The notes beneath the pieces are model-generated. The model ran no database searches. It was not told where the DNA came from and was given only the letters and a program-made list of their open reading frames with translations. A DNA stretch of 64,000 nt from a virus. Every line of letters begins with the position of its first letter. The stretch's first letter is position 1. Made by a program: the position numbers and the translations under genes. The DNA lies in the IMG/VR virus record IMGVR_UViG_3300008516_000159. One strand, 5' to 3'. Below, in pieces: positions 1-10,079 of the stretch.

Positions 1-59
1 ATGGATTGCGCGACTGTATATAATATCGCCGCATAAAGTGCATTTTATACCGCTCACTA

Positions 60-922
60 TCATATTAAAAGCTCCTTGGCGTGTTTCTTTTTTATTAAAG
101 GATCTATTATTTCGTATATTTCTTCAAAATCATCGGCCAACTTGTTGTTAAAATTATAACTCAATGGAACATGGTGAGAGCCTAAATCAAAGTCGTAATG
201 CGCTGGATCATCAGGATTTCCGTTACCGCGGATTTTAACAAAGCTTATTTTGCCAGCCTTCCAGCGGCCGCTCCATCTCACTAAATAATACGTATACGAA
301 TCAAACTTGAGTTGCGGTTTGATAAGCGCGAAATCTCTGCTACTAATATCTATTTTCTTCAGTTTCATCCTTGTTGCTCTCGCGCAGTATAAAGACTGCT
401 TTTTTGGAGTTGAGCTTCTTTATAAGTTTTTCGTTTTCCACCAACTCGAGACACCGAAAACTTGGGAGCCTTTCCCAATGTTGTCTTTGGAACTTGCCGG
501 TCTTTTTCTTATAGGCAATCATCATCATGCCTTTGTAGTGTAGTTCTTGGGCATACAAGTATATCTCGTCCTTGCGGTCAAGAGGCCAGGCCTTCATGAA
601 CCATTTACCCAAAAGAGAGTTGAGCATTATTTCATTTGCCGTCATATAATAGATACCTCTTCGCGTATTCTCGTTTTGTCAAAGGTCTTGTTTCGTTTCT
701 TGTAAGAGCCCTGAATGTGCTAGCCTTCCACCAGCTATGCTTACTTTCGCAATGGTCTCTCGACATATAGCTATCCATTCTGACAAAATACATAATCCTA
801 CCAGCGTTGGTCTTTCTGTGTCTTAGCACGGTATAGAATTTGCCATTGTCGTTCCATGTTTTATCGGACCACCTGAAATCTTGGCCTGCGTATACACTAC
901 CAACCTTTATTTTTCGTGACAT
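60..922 (-). CDS. three small hypothetical proteins (60-368, 343-645, 632-922)
   Basis: Overlapping, co-oriented ORFs of about 100 aa. Two end in an AKxxL-type motif (HAKELLI, YAKRYLL). Confidence 0.6.
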
Positions 923-1679
923 CCAACACCTTCTTTACCAACTTGACTGTGCGAATGGCTTTGTTTTTATCGCTGACATCAGGAGGCAAATTCGTTATAG
1001 CCTCCATAACCAAGTCAAACATCTCCATTAATTTTTTCGGAGTCCATTCTTCCGTCGGCTCTGTAGGATTTAACAGTCTTTTAGCTCGTTCGGTTCTTTC
1101 TTTTGCCATTCGTAACATTCCTTATACAGCCTCTTATGTATTTTATCGACTTCTTTTCGACACGATTCATACGTTTTGTTTTGCCACGTTTCACACTCTT
1201 TTTTCATGGCTTCAATCTCCGCGGCCGTTGTCCTCTGCGGTTTTTCCAGTGGAGGATTTAATAAGGCTTTTGCTTTTTTTGTTTTTGGTTTGGCCATATG
1301 TAATCAACTACCTCTCGTTTAGTCATCTTTCTCATCGTGGTGTTGCCACAACTCCAGGTTATCATCAAGATACTCTTCAAGGTTAATCTTGATACGATGT
1401 GGTGTTTTCCACATTTCCCAATTTTCTCTTTCTTGATCAAGTGGTTGTCGCGACCGTATGATCTCGCCCCACATTTCTTCCACTTCGCTGGCTGTTTTCT
1501 CTGGCGGGTTCAAAAGGTCTTTAGCTCTTTTTGTTTTCTCTTTTGGCATGACGTCTTATCTCTTTTATAATGTTATTGTCGAACTCATGGGCCATTTCTT
1601 CAGATACAATACGCCGTAGTAATTCTTCGACAGACGGCGGATTGAGAAGCTCTCTGGCTTTTTTTGCTTTTTCTGTCAA
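897..1679 (-). repeat. tandem array of four small paralogous genes sharing N-terminal K-x-[KE]-[KR]-A-[KR]-x-L-L-N-P-[PT]
   Basis: 897-1118 (RTERAKRLLNPT), 1070-1297 (KTKKAKALLNPP), 1319-1549 (KTKRAKDLLNPP), 1521-1679 (KAKKARELLNPP). Confidence 0.8.
1521..1679 (-). CDS. 52-aa protein missed by the ORF track, fourth member of the AKxLLNPP family
   Basis: Hand translation from TTG at 1679: MTEKAKKARELLNPPSVEELLRRIVSEEMAHEFDNNIIKEIRRHAKRENKKS, TAA at 1521-1523. Confidence 0.7.
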   Translation of the reverse strand: MTEKAKKARELLNPPSVEELLRRIVSEEMAHEFDNNIIKEIRRHAKRENKKS

Positions 1680-1918
1680 TTGCTATTATCAACCAGCGAG
1701 ATATCGTTTGTGTATTCAACAGTTACATAATCTTCTGCTTTGGCAACACCAGCAATTATGATCAGAAACACAATAGTCACAACTATAAAAATCCAAGCCT
1801 TTTTCATAATATAGCCTCTTTATTTTCACCCTTATATATGTTATGACGTTTATTGTTTATAATAAGGGTGGACATATTTGAGTGTTAATCTACAACCTTT
1901 CTGATCGTTTACAATATT

Positions 1919-1947
1919 AATATATCATACCTCATGAGTTCTGTAAA
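1919..1947 (-). promoter_or_regulatory. sigma70-like promoter
   Basis: TTTACA-17 nt-TATATT with TG just upstream of the -10, in an intergenic gap. Confidence 0.5.
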
Positions 1948-2469
1948 GGGTTATTTTGTTTCGGGGAGGGGGCACCACTCTGGTATTTCCAAAGATTCTT
2001 CTAACCTCAGATCTTTTTCCGAACGTTTTATTTGACGGGATTTTACGGAGCAAACGTAGCCACTATTCCAGTAACAATCATGAACATCCTCGAACTCAAG
2101 ACATGGGCACTCGTTACAATAGTTGATCTCATATTTGAGTTCTCGGCACATGATAGTTCTCTGCGTGAATTGGTAGAACTATCTTGTCTCGATTATGATT
2201 TCAGATAAGCTTTGATTATACTATTACCAAGTTTTTTTAGGTTCTTTTTCAGATCTTTAATGTGACATATTTTTTGTTTATCCAAGAACACTTCGTCGTT
2301 AGCGACCACAATGTCACCTCTGTATATGGCATCAACTCTATCTCTCGGCGGAGGGGTTTGCCAAGTTTTTCTTTTCCTCTGGCTCAAAGTTGTCGCAGAG
2401 TCTTTTATTCCGAAGTCCGGTTTTATAGGTCCCATTTTTCTCCTCTTTTTATTTAGTCCTGGTGCAAAT

Positions 2470-2889
2470 TCAGGTCCCATTTCCTTCTCTCAACATTAGT
2501 TTTGCCAACTCGCGCTTTGATAAGTCTATGCCACCTGTCAAAGCTACATTTACGTATCTGCCACGAATGAACGCTCCCATTACGGGTTCCTTGAAAAGTT
2601 TATCCTCACAGCTATCAAAACTCACCTGAAACAGCAACATTCCGTTTCTACGAATGAAGTTATATTTATTAGGATCTCTACTCACCAACACACACGCTAC
2701 ATTATTGTAGAACATCCAAATGTTATAAAAGCTTTTAGAAAAAAGCTTTTCTTGTTCGTAATCATACAGCTGCCAGATTGCTTTATATTGATCTGGTTCC
2801 TCGAAGGAGATTGCGTAAAGATCTTTGTCAACTTTCTCTATCAGCTCCGCTTTGAGAATAATCTTGTCATTCTTTTTTAAAGTTTTCAT
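2470..2889 (-). CDS. hypothetical protein with C-terminal KRELAKLML motif
   Basis: 139-aa ORF directly downstream of a sigma70-like promoter. Confidence 0.6.
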   Translation of the reverse strand: MKTLKKNDKIILKAELIEKVDKDLYAISFEEPDQYKAIWQLYDYEQEKLFSKSFYNIWMFYNNVACVLVSRDPNKYNFIRRNGMLLFQVSFDSCEDKLFKEPVMGAFIRGRYVNVALTGGIDLSKRELAKLMLREGNGT

Positions 2890-2898
2890 ACTGGCACC

Positions 2899-2928
2899 AT
2901 TATAATATGGATTTAGCCCTATAGTAAA
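2899..2928 (-). promoter_or_regulatory. sigma70-like promoter
   Basis: TTTACT-18 nt-TATAAT, 10 nt upstream of the ATG at 2889. Confidence 0.5.
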
Positions 2929-2935
2929 GGACTAT

Positions 2936-3361
2936 CTAACCAGTATGGCCGAAACCACCGCTGCTGCGATCTGTTTCGCTTAGGCTCATGTCTGTCGATA
3001 TAGACGGATGAATAACCTCAGCGAATACCATTTGAGCTATGCGATCTCCTGCTCTGATTTTGTATGGTGACGGACTATGGTTAATTATGAGAACCTTGAT
3101 CTCGCCCCTGTAATCACTATCTACGGTTCCGGGAGCGTTGAGGACTGTGAGCCCGTGATTGACAGCCAAACCGCTTCTCGGCCTAATCTGAGCTTCCATG
3201 TTCTGACTCATTGACATTCTGAGACCGGTTGGAACTAGCTTAAAGCGCTCAGCGCCAATCGTTACATCTTCAGAAGCATAAATATCATATCCACTGGAGC
3301 CATCGGTTTGTCTCTCTGGTGCTCTGGCGTTATCATTCAACAACTCAAATTCAACTAGCAT
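2936..3361 (-). CDS. dut: trimeric dUTPase
   Basis: Motifs SGYDI, RSGLA, GTVDSDYRGEI, RIAQ, DRSSGGFGHTG. Confidence 0.97.
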   Translation of the reverse strand: MLVEFELLNDNARAPERQTDGSSGYDIYASEDVTIGAERFKLVPTGLRMSMSQNMEAQIRPRSGLAVNHGLTVLNAPGTVDSDYRGEIKVLIINHSPSPYKIRAGDRIAQMVFAEVIHPSISTDMSLSETDRSSGGFGHTG

Positions 3362-3370
3362 GTCTTCTCC

Positions 3371-3469
3371 TTATTTCTTTTTCTTCTTATGTCTATCTCT
3401 TCTGCGTCGCTTTTTAAGCTTATGGGTTTTCACCTTCTGTCTGTGCCACTTTTTAGCCGAACGCGAAAT
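3371..3469 (-). CDS. 32-aa basic ribosomal protein bS22/mS38 (AURKAIP1/COX24)-like peptide with AUU start
   Basis: (M)SRSAKKWHRQKVKTHKLKKRRRRDRHKKKKK. AGGAG lies 7 nt before ATT and there is no in-frame ATG back to the previous stop. The TAA overlaps the SD of dut. Confidence 0.7.
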   Translation of the reverse strand: MSRSAKKWHRQKVKTHKLKKRRRRDRHKKKKK

Positions 3470-3495
3470 AAGTTTACTCCTTTGTGTGTTATGAG

Positions 3496-3503
3496 TATAT
3501 ATG
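3496..3503 (-). promoter_or_regulatory. CATATATA putative phage-sigma promoter
   Basis: Recurrent intergenic motif, here about 27 nt before the AUU start. Confidence 0.55.
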
Positions 3504-3843
3504 TTTTATACTTGGACTAAAAAATTGTCATTAGAAGGCTGGTAATCTATTAGGATAAAAGCAGAATCATCTCTGAAAGGGTTGATCTCTGTAACATCGG
3601 GACCATGGATTATTATTTCATGCTTTATTGCGATAGGTTTTTTAGTGGAAGGGCCATAGAAAAATTTTGGTCGATTGCTCCTATAATCGACGAGATCAAA
3701 ATTATTTATCTTTATTTCTAGCTCTTTTTCTACTTCTTTTATGAGGAAGTTCCGTATCGATTTTGGCCAACGCCACGATGGTGTGCATATGGATATCAAG
3801 AGAAAGGCTCGTTTCATGTAGGAAGTGCGTTCTGTAGATGTCA

Positions 3844-4137
3844 TTATTTTTCTATCGCCTTACCCTTCTTTTTGCCTCTTTTGAAGTGACGTCTCTTGAG
3901 TTTAGTCAGCGGAAGAACAGTCTCAGTGCTATCTATATTTGTGTCATCCACAAAATCGAACGTTTCATAAAACTTGGTCAGATCTTCATTGCAGCATTTA
4001 GAGTTAGCTATACGAATAGCTCTACCTTCATCACCGCTGCTTCTCAATACGGCGTTTGCTATTTTGACCCACTTCTTCTTTTCGGCAGAACTAAGTCCTT
4101 TCTTGTGCCTGTCTACATCCGACGGTTTCCAGGGCAT
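3844..4137 (-). CDS. small helical phage protein (ChaB-like N-terminus, tentative)
   Basis: MPWKPSDVDRHKKGLSSAEKKKWVKIANAVL...RAIRIANSK. Confidence 0.35.
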   Translation of the reverse strand: MPWKPSDVDRHKKGLSSAEKKKWVKIANAVLRSSGDEGRAIRIANSKCCNEDLTKFYETFDFVDDTNIDSTETVLPLTKLKRRHFKRGKKKGKAIEK

Positions 4138-4428
4138 TTTATTTCTCCTTGTAACTGTGTATCAATTTAATTAGTTCCAGTTTGTGTATTTCTTTCTGTT
4201 CGATCATGTTGAGATCATAGATTATCTTTAGCATTGACTTGGCATAGCGGTAGGGTTGTTTGCGAGTTACTTTAATCATCTCGCTGCCCTCTTTTGGACA
4301 GCGAGATTTCTTTCCAACATATACGCACATTGGGCAATATTTGTAGAGTTTTATTTCCTCCTCTAAAACTTTAGAGGGTTTATCAATCAGTTTCTTTATT
4401 TTTTTACGTCGCTCTTTCTGTTGCTTAT

Positions 4429-4914
4429 TCACATTAGGCAAAAGCTTCTTGGATTATAGTCGTTTGTTTCGTCGGGTTCGTTCGGCATCTGCTGCTCTTT
4501 ATTCTGTGGTGGTTGGTTCGGTCCCGGTTGTCCCCATATGACGTTATGAACCAAGAATATATAGTCCTCATAAGTAGAGGCAGATAACACACTTAAACCC
4601 ATATCTGTATATATTAGAATCGATGCAACAAGAGGGGATTGACCACCGCCAGGGTTTGTCCGGGCGAGCATGATCATTAAATTGCCGAAATATATTTCTG
4701 GCTCGAAAGGTCCCCAAACGTAGTTACCTTGTCCTTGTTTTTCACCATGCGGGTCACCAGTAATGTTGCCCCATTTCATATTCCATGGGCCATCGCAAAT
4801 AATCTCTACGTATATTTCAACATAATGTGTTTCTTCCTTTGCATCCTGTCCAAAGGCAAGAGCAAGAAAGGAAAAAAGAAAAATAAATGTTAATGCGAAT
4901 ATTAGTTTTTTCAC
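4429..4914 (-). CDS. exported protein with signal peptide
   Basis: MKKLIFALTFIFLFSFLALAFG followed by QDA; Pro/Gln/Asn-rich C-terminus. Confidence 0.6.
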   Translation of the reverse strand: MKKLIFALTFIFLFSFLALAFGQDAKEETHYVEIYVEIICDGPWNMKWGNITGDPHGEKQGQGNYVWGPFEPEIYFGNLMIMLARTNPGGGQSPLVASILIYTDMGLSVLSASTYEDYIFLVHNVIWGQPGPNQPPQNKEQQMPNEPDETNDYNPRSFCLM

Positions 4915-4946
4915 GTCTTCGCTCCCACAGCAACGAAGACTACGTT

Positions 4947-5873
4947 CTACCGATCTCCGTTACCGGTTGATTTTAATCGATTATACGTATTTAATACGTT
5001 CTCGGCAAACTCTCTTTGATTTGAATCTAAATCACTAAAGAGCGCTTCTCCATTTTGCCACCACTCTCGTTTTGTTATACTAGGTCCCCAGTTATAAGCT
5101 AATAATACCCATTCTACCCGACCGTCAAACTCATCGAATAAGTGTTTCAAAAACCTTATTTGAAGCTTCTTTGAATAAACCGGATCATATAGCTTATTTA
5201 TATCGTAACCATCAACCTGTAAAAGGCTGAAGTTAGTGTGAGCCCTCGATATTAACTTGGCGGTTAAAGGCATAAACTGACAAATGCCGCGGGCTCCAAC
5301 TGAACTTTTTGCCTTTTTATTATATTCGCTTTCTACACTATCCATAGCTAAAAGCAGAAAAGGATCGATTCCCGCCAAATTTCCTCCAGCATATGACACT
5401 TCGAGATAGCTTTTCATCTCTTTGTCGGTCATTGGAGAAAACTTCTTTTTTTTGATGTTCGCGGCATGTTCTTGATATTTGGAAGTAATTTTCTTTGCGC
5501 CGATTAGCATGAAGTTTTCGAATCGCTTCTTGTCATCAACGTAATATTCGGCGATGAGATTGTCTTTGATGTAAAACGCCGTGTCTATAATAGCCTGCGT
5601 TTCCTCTTGATGCTGAGTGATTAGCGCGTCTTTTTGAACTTCCCATTTGTGCCATCGCCCATAAAATACAGACAATAGTCCAACTATCATAAGAGATAGC
5701 ACAGCAATAACAAGAAAGGAATGTCTGCGATGTTCCTTGAGGCTTTTTTCGTATAGGTCTTTGTTGTGTTTAAGCAAAAGTTGCGCATCAGCCGTCAGAC
5801 CTTTTATAACGGGCCTATGCTCGCTCATTTTTTTCTCCTTGAGAGTCTTAGGTATTTTTCTATTTGACCGCAT
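4947..5873 (-). CDS. membrane-anchored lytic transglycosylase (SLT domain)
   Basis: Catalytic VESEY, GARGICQFMP, AYNWGP. N-terminal TM segment FLVIAVLSLMIVGLLSVFY. The true start may be MSEHRP, which has an AAGGAG SD. Confidence 0.9.
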   Translation of the reverse strand: MRSNRKIPKTLKEKKMSEHRPVIKGLTADAQLLLKHNKDLYEKSLKEHRRHSFLVIAVLSLMIVGLLSVFYGRWHKWEVQKDALITQHQEETQAIIDTAFYIKDNLIAEYYVDDKKRFENFMLIGAKKITSKYQEHAANIKKKKFSPMTDKEMKSYLEVSYAGGNLAGIDPFLLLAMDSVESEYNKKAKSSVGARGICQFMPLTAKLISRAHTNFSLLQVDGYDINKLYDPVYSKKLQIRFLKHLFDEFDGRVEWVLLAYNWGPSITKREWWQNGEALFSDLDSNQREFAENVLNTYNRLKSTGNGDR

Positions 5874-5891
5874 TACTCATATATGTATGTG

Positions 5892-6578
5892 TTATGTAAG
5901 ATACCAAGTTTCTTCTTTTTCCAGGATGGCCATGAGGAAGTCTTTCTTATGCTTCGCGTAAAAGGATAATGTGGCGGGATCTTTGATTATCATATCTCTG
6001 CGGACAATGCTGCCTATCTCACTAAATATTTTCATAGTGCCCGAGCTTTTATAATAATCTTCTGCAGTTTGTTTATTGTAACCAGAGTCTTCTTGTCTGA
6101 GTGATTTTATCATTTTCGTGAGCTCGTCAGACTGCGACCCATGTTTATCCTTTTTATTCAGATAGCTCCAAAAAGATGCTTTATTTTTGAACTTGTGCCA
6201 TGTGTGCTCAAAACCGTCCGTAAAATGTCTGGCACTAGATGAGTTCCACCACAACAAAACATCATTGTGGCTCCATAACAGTTGATTTTTCAGATAGTCA
6301 ACAAGCCATTTTTCTATCCTAAGAGGCATTTTATAATTAGCGCCGTACCTGGCAACTTCAAGGCGAGATATCGGGTAACCGATCTTCATCCATGAAGGCA
6401 CATTGGGAGCGTAAAATTCCTCATTTTGGTAAGAGTGTCCAGTAGCTCTTATGTGACCGTTTTGAAGTAATTTTTCAAAGCTGGTCTTGAGCTTCATTGC
6501 TTTGATTTCGCCAACGATTTCACGTTTAGTGAGACGCTCGTTGTGAAATCTTTCCATAAAATAGTCTTCATCTGTCAT
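5892..6578 (-). CDS. hypothetical protein
   Basis: 228-aa ORF with no recognised motif. Confidence 0.6.
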   Translation of the reverse strand: MTDEDYFMERFHNERLTKREIVGEIKAMKLKTSFEKLLQNGHIRATGHSYQNEEFYAPNVPSWMKIGYPISRLEVARYGANYKMPLRIEKWLVDYLKNQLLWSHNDVLLWWNSSSARHFTDGFEHTWHKFKNKASFWSYLNKKDKHGSQSDELTKMIKSLRQEDSGYNKQTAEDYYKSSGTMKIFSEIGSIVRRDMIIKDPATLSFYAKHKKDFLMAILEKEETWYLT

Positions 6579-7602
6579 GTTTTTGCTCGTAGTTTACACA
6601 ATATTTTTTCGGGCCCATGTGCATCTTTTTAGAATACAAACATCGGCTATAAGTCTTGCGATAATACCGACAGCTACAACACAGATTCTCCGTCGGTAAC
6701 TCAGTGAATATTGTAAACTCTCTGTCAGGAAAATCGTGATTGAGTGTCTTGATTATCTTGTATGTAAACACCAAAACGTTTTTATGCCTGTCTTCTTTTT
6801 CATATATGAGACGCGTGCCGTCACCAATATAATGCTTTCTCAGTTCGTCTTCCAGCCTACGACCGCCAACGTACTTGTTGTTCAAAAAGTATTTTAAATG
6901 CCCCTTTCTTTGCGTATTGATTGTGACGGTTTGTGTTACGTTGGAATTATTTATTTTATGCTTGATACTTATTGACGCCGAAATCATTTTTTATTGGGTG
7001 GCTCTTCCGCGGCCCTCAAATCTTCCAATTGTTGAAGTGCCTGGCCGTCATATTTAGCAAACAGGTGATATATTAGTTCCAGATTTTTGTTGGCTTTTTT
7101 CAGCTCCAGCAGTATCCCCTTGAGTAGTTCATTATTGTCTGGCATTACAACCTCGCCACAAACTCATTCAAATGAGCCACGCACTTTTGTAATATTTTAT
7201 TGGTTTCTTCAGCTATAACGGGCTGTAGATCCGAATATTCCCCGACAATCAAATCGGCCGTCTTGGCGATAAGAGCGCCGAGCCTGTGAATGTTTGTGTA
7301 GTTGCCTTTGTCGTTTATGGTCTTGCTGGTGACAGTTACCTCTTCTTCGTTGGGATATACACTCGCCTGGGTTACTGGATGTGCATATTCAATTTTGCCC
7401 GCCATATCCTCTTTTAAGACTTCAAGTTTTTCCATCACCTCTTTCATCTGCCTGCCGGCTTCTTCCTTGATGAGTTCAATGGCTTCGGCTTTGGTTATGG
7501 TTTGGGGCTCTTCCGAGTCGGGGGCGTTTTTTATGACAGGCTTTTCGAAGCCCTTGTCTAATATACGACCCTCTATCTCAAGTTGTTTGAGTTCATCACT
7601 CA

Positions 7603-7887
7603 TTATTCATCGTCCTCTACGTTAAAGTTATTGTCCATCTCTTCGAATACTTCATAAAACTCGTGAATGTCATCAAGAGTGACGCCCTTTTTAAACAGGC
7701 TATAGCCGTACTTAAGTAAGCTTACGCGCCAACCTGTTTCGTCAGAAGTGATTTTGAACTCTTCAGTGATCTGCTCATTGATGTCTTTTCTCTCTTGAAT
7801 GAGAGCACTCACGGCGTTAAAACACTTCTTTACTGCCTTTTTTTGTGTTTTATCCATTGTTATCTCCTTGTTAATCTTATATTTCAC
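7603..7887 (-). CDS. T4 DsbA / GapR-like small dsDNA-binding protein
   Basis: Helical pattern LIQERKDINEQITEEF...GWRVSLLKYGYSLFKK...EFYEVFE. Confidence 0.45.
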   Translation of the reverse strand: MKYKINKEITMDKTQKKAVKKCFNAVSALIQERKDINEQITEEFKITSDETGWRVSLLKYGYSLFKKGVTLDDIHEFYEVFEEMDNNFNVEDDE

Positions 7888-7888
7888 C

Positions 7889-9455
7889 TTACAATTTGGT
7901 CATCCTGATTTCCGGATTGTCCGTAAACACTCCAGCAACAATTCCCGTCTTAAGCTTAAAATTATTTCTTTTTATTGTCTTATACGTATTACTCAATCCT
8001 TTTTCGGTACCGCTAACCGACACACTTTCAGGCCCGAACTCCAATCTCATAAAAGTGCGATCAGATGCCCTGTATGTATATATGACTTGGCCGTTCAAAA
8101 GCCAGGAGTCAACTGACATCAGAATATATTTTTTAGCAGGCTCGCTAAGCTTTACGAGAAAGTTTTCTACGCCTGCGCCGGAGCGCCACACGTGGCGGAC
8201 GATATCGCCTTTTTTAAGATTGTCTAGCTCTTTGGCTGTCATTTAGGCGCCACCTTGTCGGTTACTATAACAGGAGGTCCCTCGATATGGATACGCATAT
8301 ACTCATACGCAGCTTGATATTCCCTGTTCTTGTACGGTTTCTTTTTGCGTACTCTTTTTTCTAGATTAAGTATTTGTCCGCCTTTGTAGTTCTTGAGTTG
8401 TTTTTCTGCTCTTTTTTGTATCAACTCTCGTCTATTCATGGTAAATTCCAACTTACATTGACATCATCGGCGGTGAAAACACTAGTTAACATGCCGATCT
8501 TAGATTTTCGAAAATCTTCTGGCTCAATAGAATAAAATTTTTCCGAGGACTCATCGAAAGGTATAGGTAATTTCGGATCTACGTCATACCTCAGGTTAAT
8601 ATGTTTCGGCTTACGATATGTTTGGGACAGAGAGACGCCGGTATAATATAAAAAATATGATTCGCCTCGTTTTGACGAAAGACTAACGCGGTCTTTGCGC
8701 ATGATGCCGAAATTTTCACCGGCTGCGTCAAATGCGAAATACGCTCCCTTGGGTGCATCTACTATTTCTTTTACGGTCATTTTAACATTACCATTTTTCG
8801 ATCTTCGGGTTGTCTCTGAAAATTTTAACAATTGTTTTCATTTCGAATGAAGAAACCTCGACGGCCGATATCTTGTGAAGCCGGTCTAAATCGTCCGATT
8901 CTTTTTCGATTGAGATAATTTCAAAGTCGCCATAAGCGACAGTCGCGAGTCGCCCCTCCTCTGTTCTAAACCTGTATATTACTCGACCCTGCAGGGTCCA
9001 CATCTTCGGGATTTCTTTCCATTTAGCAGATTCATCTAGCTTTATTATGTATTCGTCAACACCCAATGCTGGCACTAGCCATTTATAGAATATCATATCA
9101 TTCTTTTTGAGCTTTTCTATTTCTATCTCGGTCATTACAATAGTTTACCGGTCAAAAAGAGAGTTTTTACAATTTGAGATTTGTTCCTGCTAAACGCATT
9201 TGGATCAACCGAATAGTTTTTAGCGCTACCCAAGTTGACTTCAATAGTATAATATTTAGGAAAAATTAAGTGTGGATCGGGACCATATGACGCTCTTGGA
9301 ACTCTGACCCAGAGGCCAACGTATTCTAGCTGATACCCTTCGGCCTGCTTTTTGTATTCGAACCCCTTTTTGCGCATTATGGCAATATTCTCATCTTTAT
9401 AATTGAATGTGAGAAATGAGCCATCGGGGGTATCTTGTATTTGTTTTATAGTCAT
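7889..9455 (-). repeat. duplicated two-gene module of small beta-barrel-like proteins
   Basis: 7889-8242 resembles 8788-9135 (MT.xE..xLKK[GN]D...KL[SD]E.AK). 8436-8831 resembles 9135-9455 (MT[VI]K[EQ]I.D.P.G.[YF]..F). Confidence 0.7.
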
Positions 9456-10079
9456 TTAGATATCCAGATGGGGTAATACATTCTGTCTTACCAATAAACT
9501 CCTTGGACTATGGCCTACAAACACTCTGTTTTTTAAACCCTCAAACCTTCTGAATTCATTTATCAATTCCCGACCGAACCACTTTTGTTTATTGGCCTTG
9601 AAGTGAGACGGTGTCTCTACCTTCTGCCAGTATGAATACCATCGGTCTACGTATAGATCCTGTCCTAATAAAACAATCTTTTCAAAACCCATCCACAGAG
9701 CCAACTCGGTAGCATATATGGCAGAACTCCCGGCCCTGCGCAATCCTTCCGGACCGAAAAGTCTATTATCTCCCACAGGAAGTCTCTTGACTCTTATCCA
9801 TTTGTACTTGCTGAACTTTGGTAGCGGCGCAAAGTCCATCAAGTTGTAAATATTTTCTTCGTTACCGTTTCTGTCCCAGATCCAATAGTAGTCAGTCCAA
9901 AACGGGATATGAAATACTGATTTATTATAAGAGATGGTGTACTGATCTCTAATTTTGTTCCAATCAAAATCTCTTAATGACGCACCGGTACCGACGATAT
10001 AAACCGTTTTTCCTACGTGTTTATCTTTAAAATCTTCGAATTTCAGATTTTCGTTTAAATGCTTTTGCCTTAGCTCCAT
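9456..10079 (-). CDS. DUF115 / MptE-like (Maf / sialyltransferase-like Rossmann fold) protein
   Basis: GKTVYIVGTGASL, SSAIYATELALWMGFEKIVLLGQDL. Confidence 0.75.
   Translation of the reverse strand: MELRQKHLNENLKFEDFKDKHVGKTVYIVGTGASLRDFDWNKIRDQYTISYNKSVFHIPFWTDYYWIWDRNGNEENIYNLMDFAPLPKFSKYKWIRVKRLPVGDNRLFGPEGLRRAGSSAIYATELALWMGFEKIVLLGQDLYVDRWYSYWQKVETPSHFKANKQKWFGRELINEFRRFEGLKNRVFVGHSPRSLLVRQNVLPHLDI

Noticed and set aside
1827-1870. 9-bp inverted repeat CACCCTTAT...ATAAGGGTG overlapping a CATATATA motif
   Set aside because: Single occurrence with a 26-nt spacer and no second copy found, so an operator cannot be distinguished from chance.
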